A stretch of 63,389 bases of DNA, the filler included, from Vannella sp. (Eukaryota), in the NCBI GenBank assembly GCA_023345925.1. It is 6 parts of 6 records of this genome, joined end to end, with 100 filler letters (N's around TTAATTAATTAA, not from the genome) between each part and the next. Parts side by side here need not be neighbours in the genome. Positions count along the whole stretch, not along the records: positions 54,715 to 63,389 come from JAJQQN010001137.1; 5 more parts are not named here. One strand, 5' to 3'. The notes beneath the pieces were generated by a model, which made no database searches, had not been told where the DNA came from, and saw only the letters and a program-made list of their open reading frames with translations. The position numbers were made by a program, and so were the translations under genes. The first letter of the stretch is position 1; every line of letters starts with the position of its first letter. Shown here piece after piece: positions 63,247 to 63,389 of the stretch.

Positions 63247-63389
63247 GAAAGAGCCACTCCCTATTCCTCACATTGTCCCACCGCCCGTCTTTGTACATAC
63301 GCGATCACCCCACTTGCATCACCGTGAATAGGGATCCCCTGCGGGTCTAAACAGTCCGTTTATACAGTGGAAGCTACTATCAGGGAGCG

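Overview
Gene-dense eukaryotic (protist, amoebozoan-like) nuclear DNA, standard genetic code, with short (~35-60 bp) GT-AG introns. The window is six contigs joined by artificial 100-bp linkers (N44-TTAATTAATTAA-N44), so neighbourhoods across linkers carry no meaning. It holds about 25 protein genes: RasGAP, Nup107, RhoGAP, DNA ligase I, MATE transporter, serine carboxypeptidase, Trm61, RPS27, RasGEF, myotubularin, a RING protein, rhodanese-ankyrin-PLD, a family A DNA polymerase, an LRR protein, a CDF zinc transporter, U-box/WWE, a giant HERC1-like protein, PP2C, an ankyrin tandem kinase, SMG8, a Zn2Cys6 factor and NDUFS6. There is also one tRNA-Arg(ACG) and three decayed gene fragments. The best candidate for a new system is a protein with a near-identical 126-bp TPR array, variable at discrete positions, fused to a bacterial-looking HEPN-like domain: a sensor-effector, immune-receptor-like architecture. 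Also notable are a divergent phage/bacterial-type PolA next to a patchwork of gene fragments, several pseudo-enzyme ubiquitin-system proteins, and a hairpin-rich element with telomere-like repeats. All family calls come from motif recognition by eye; no searches were run.
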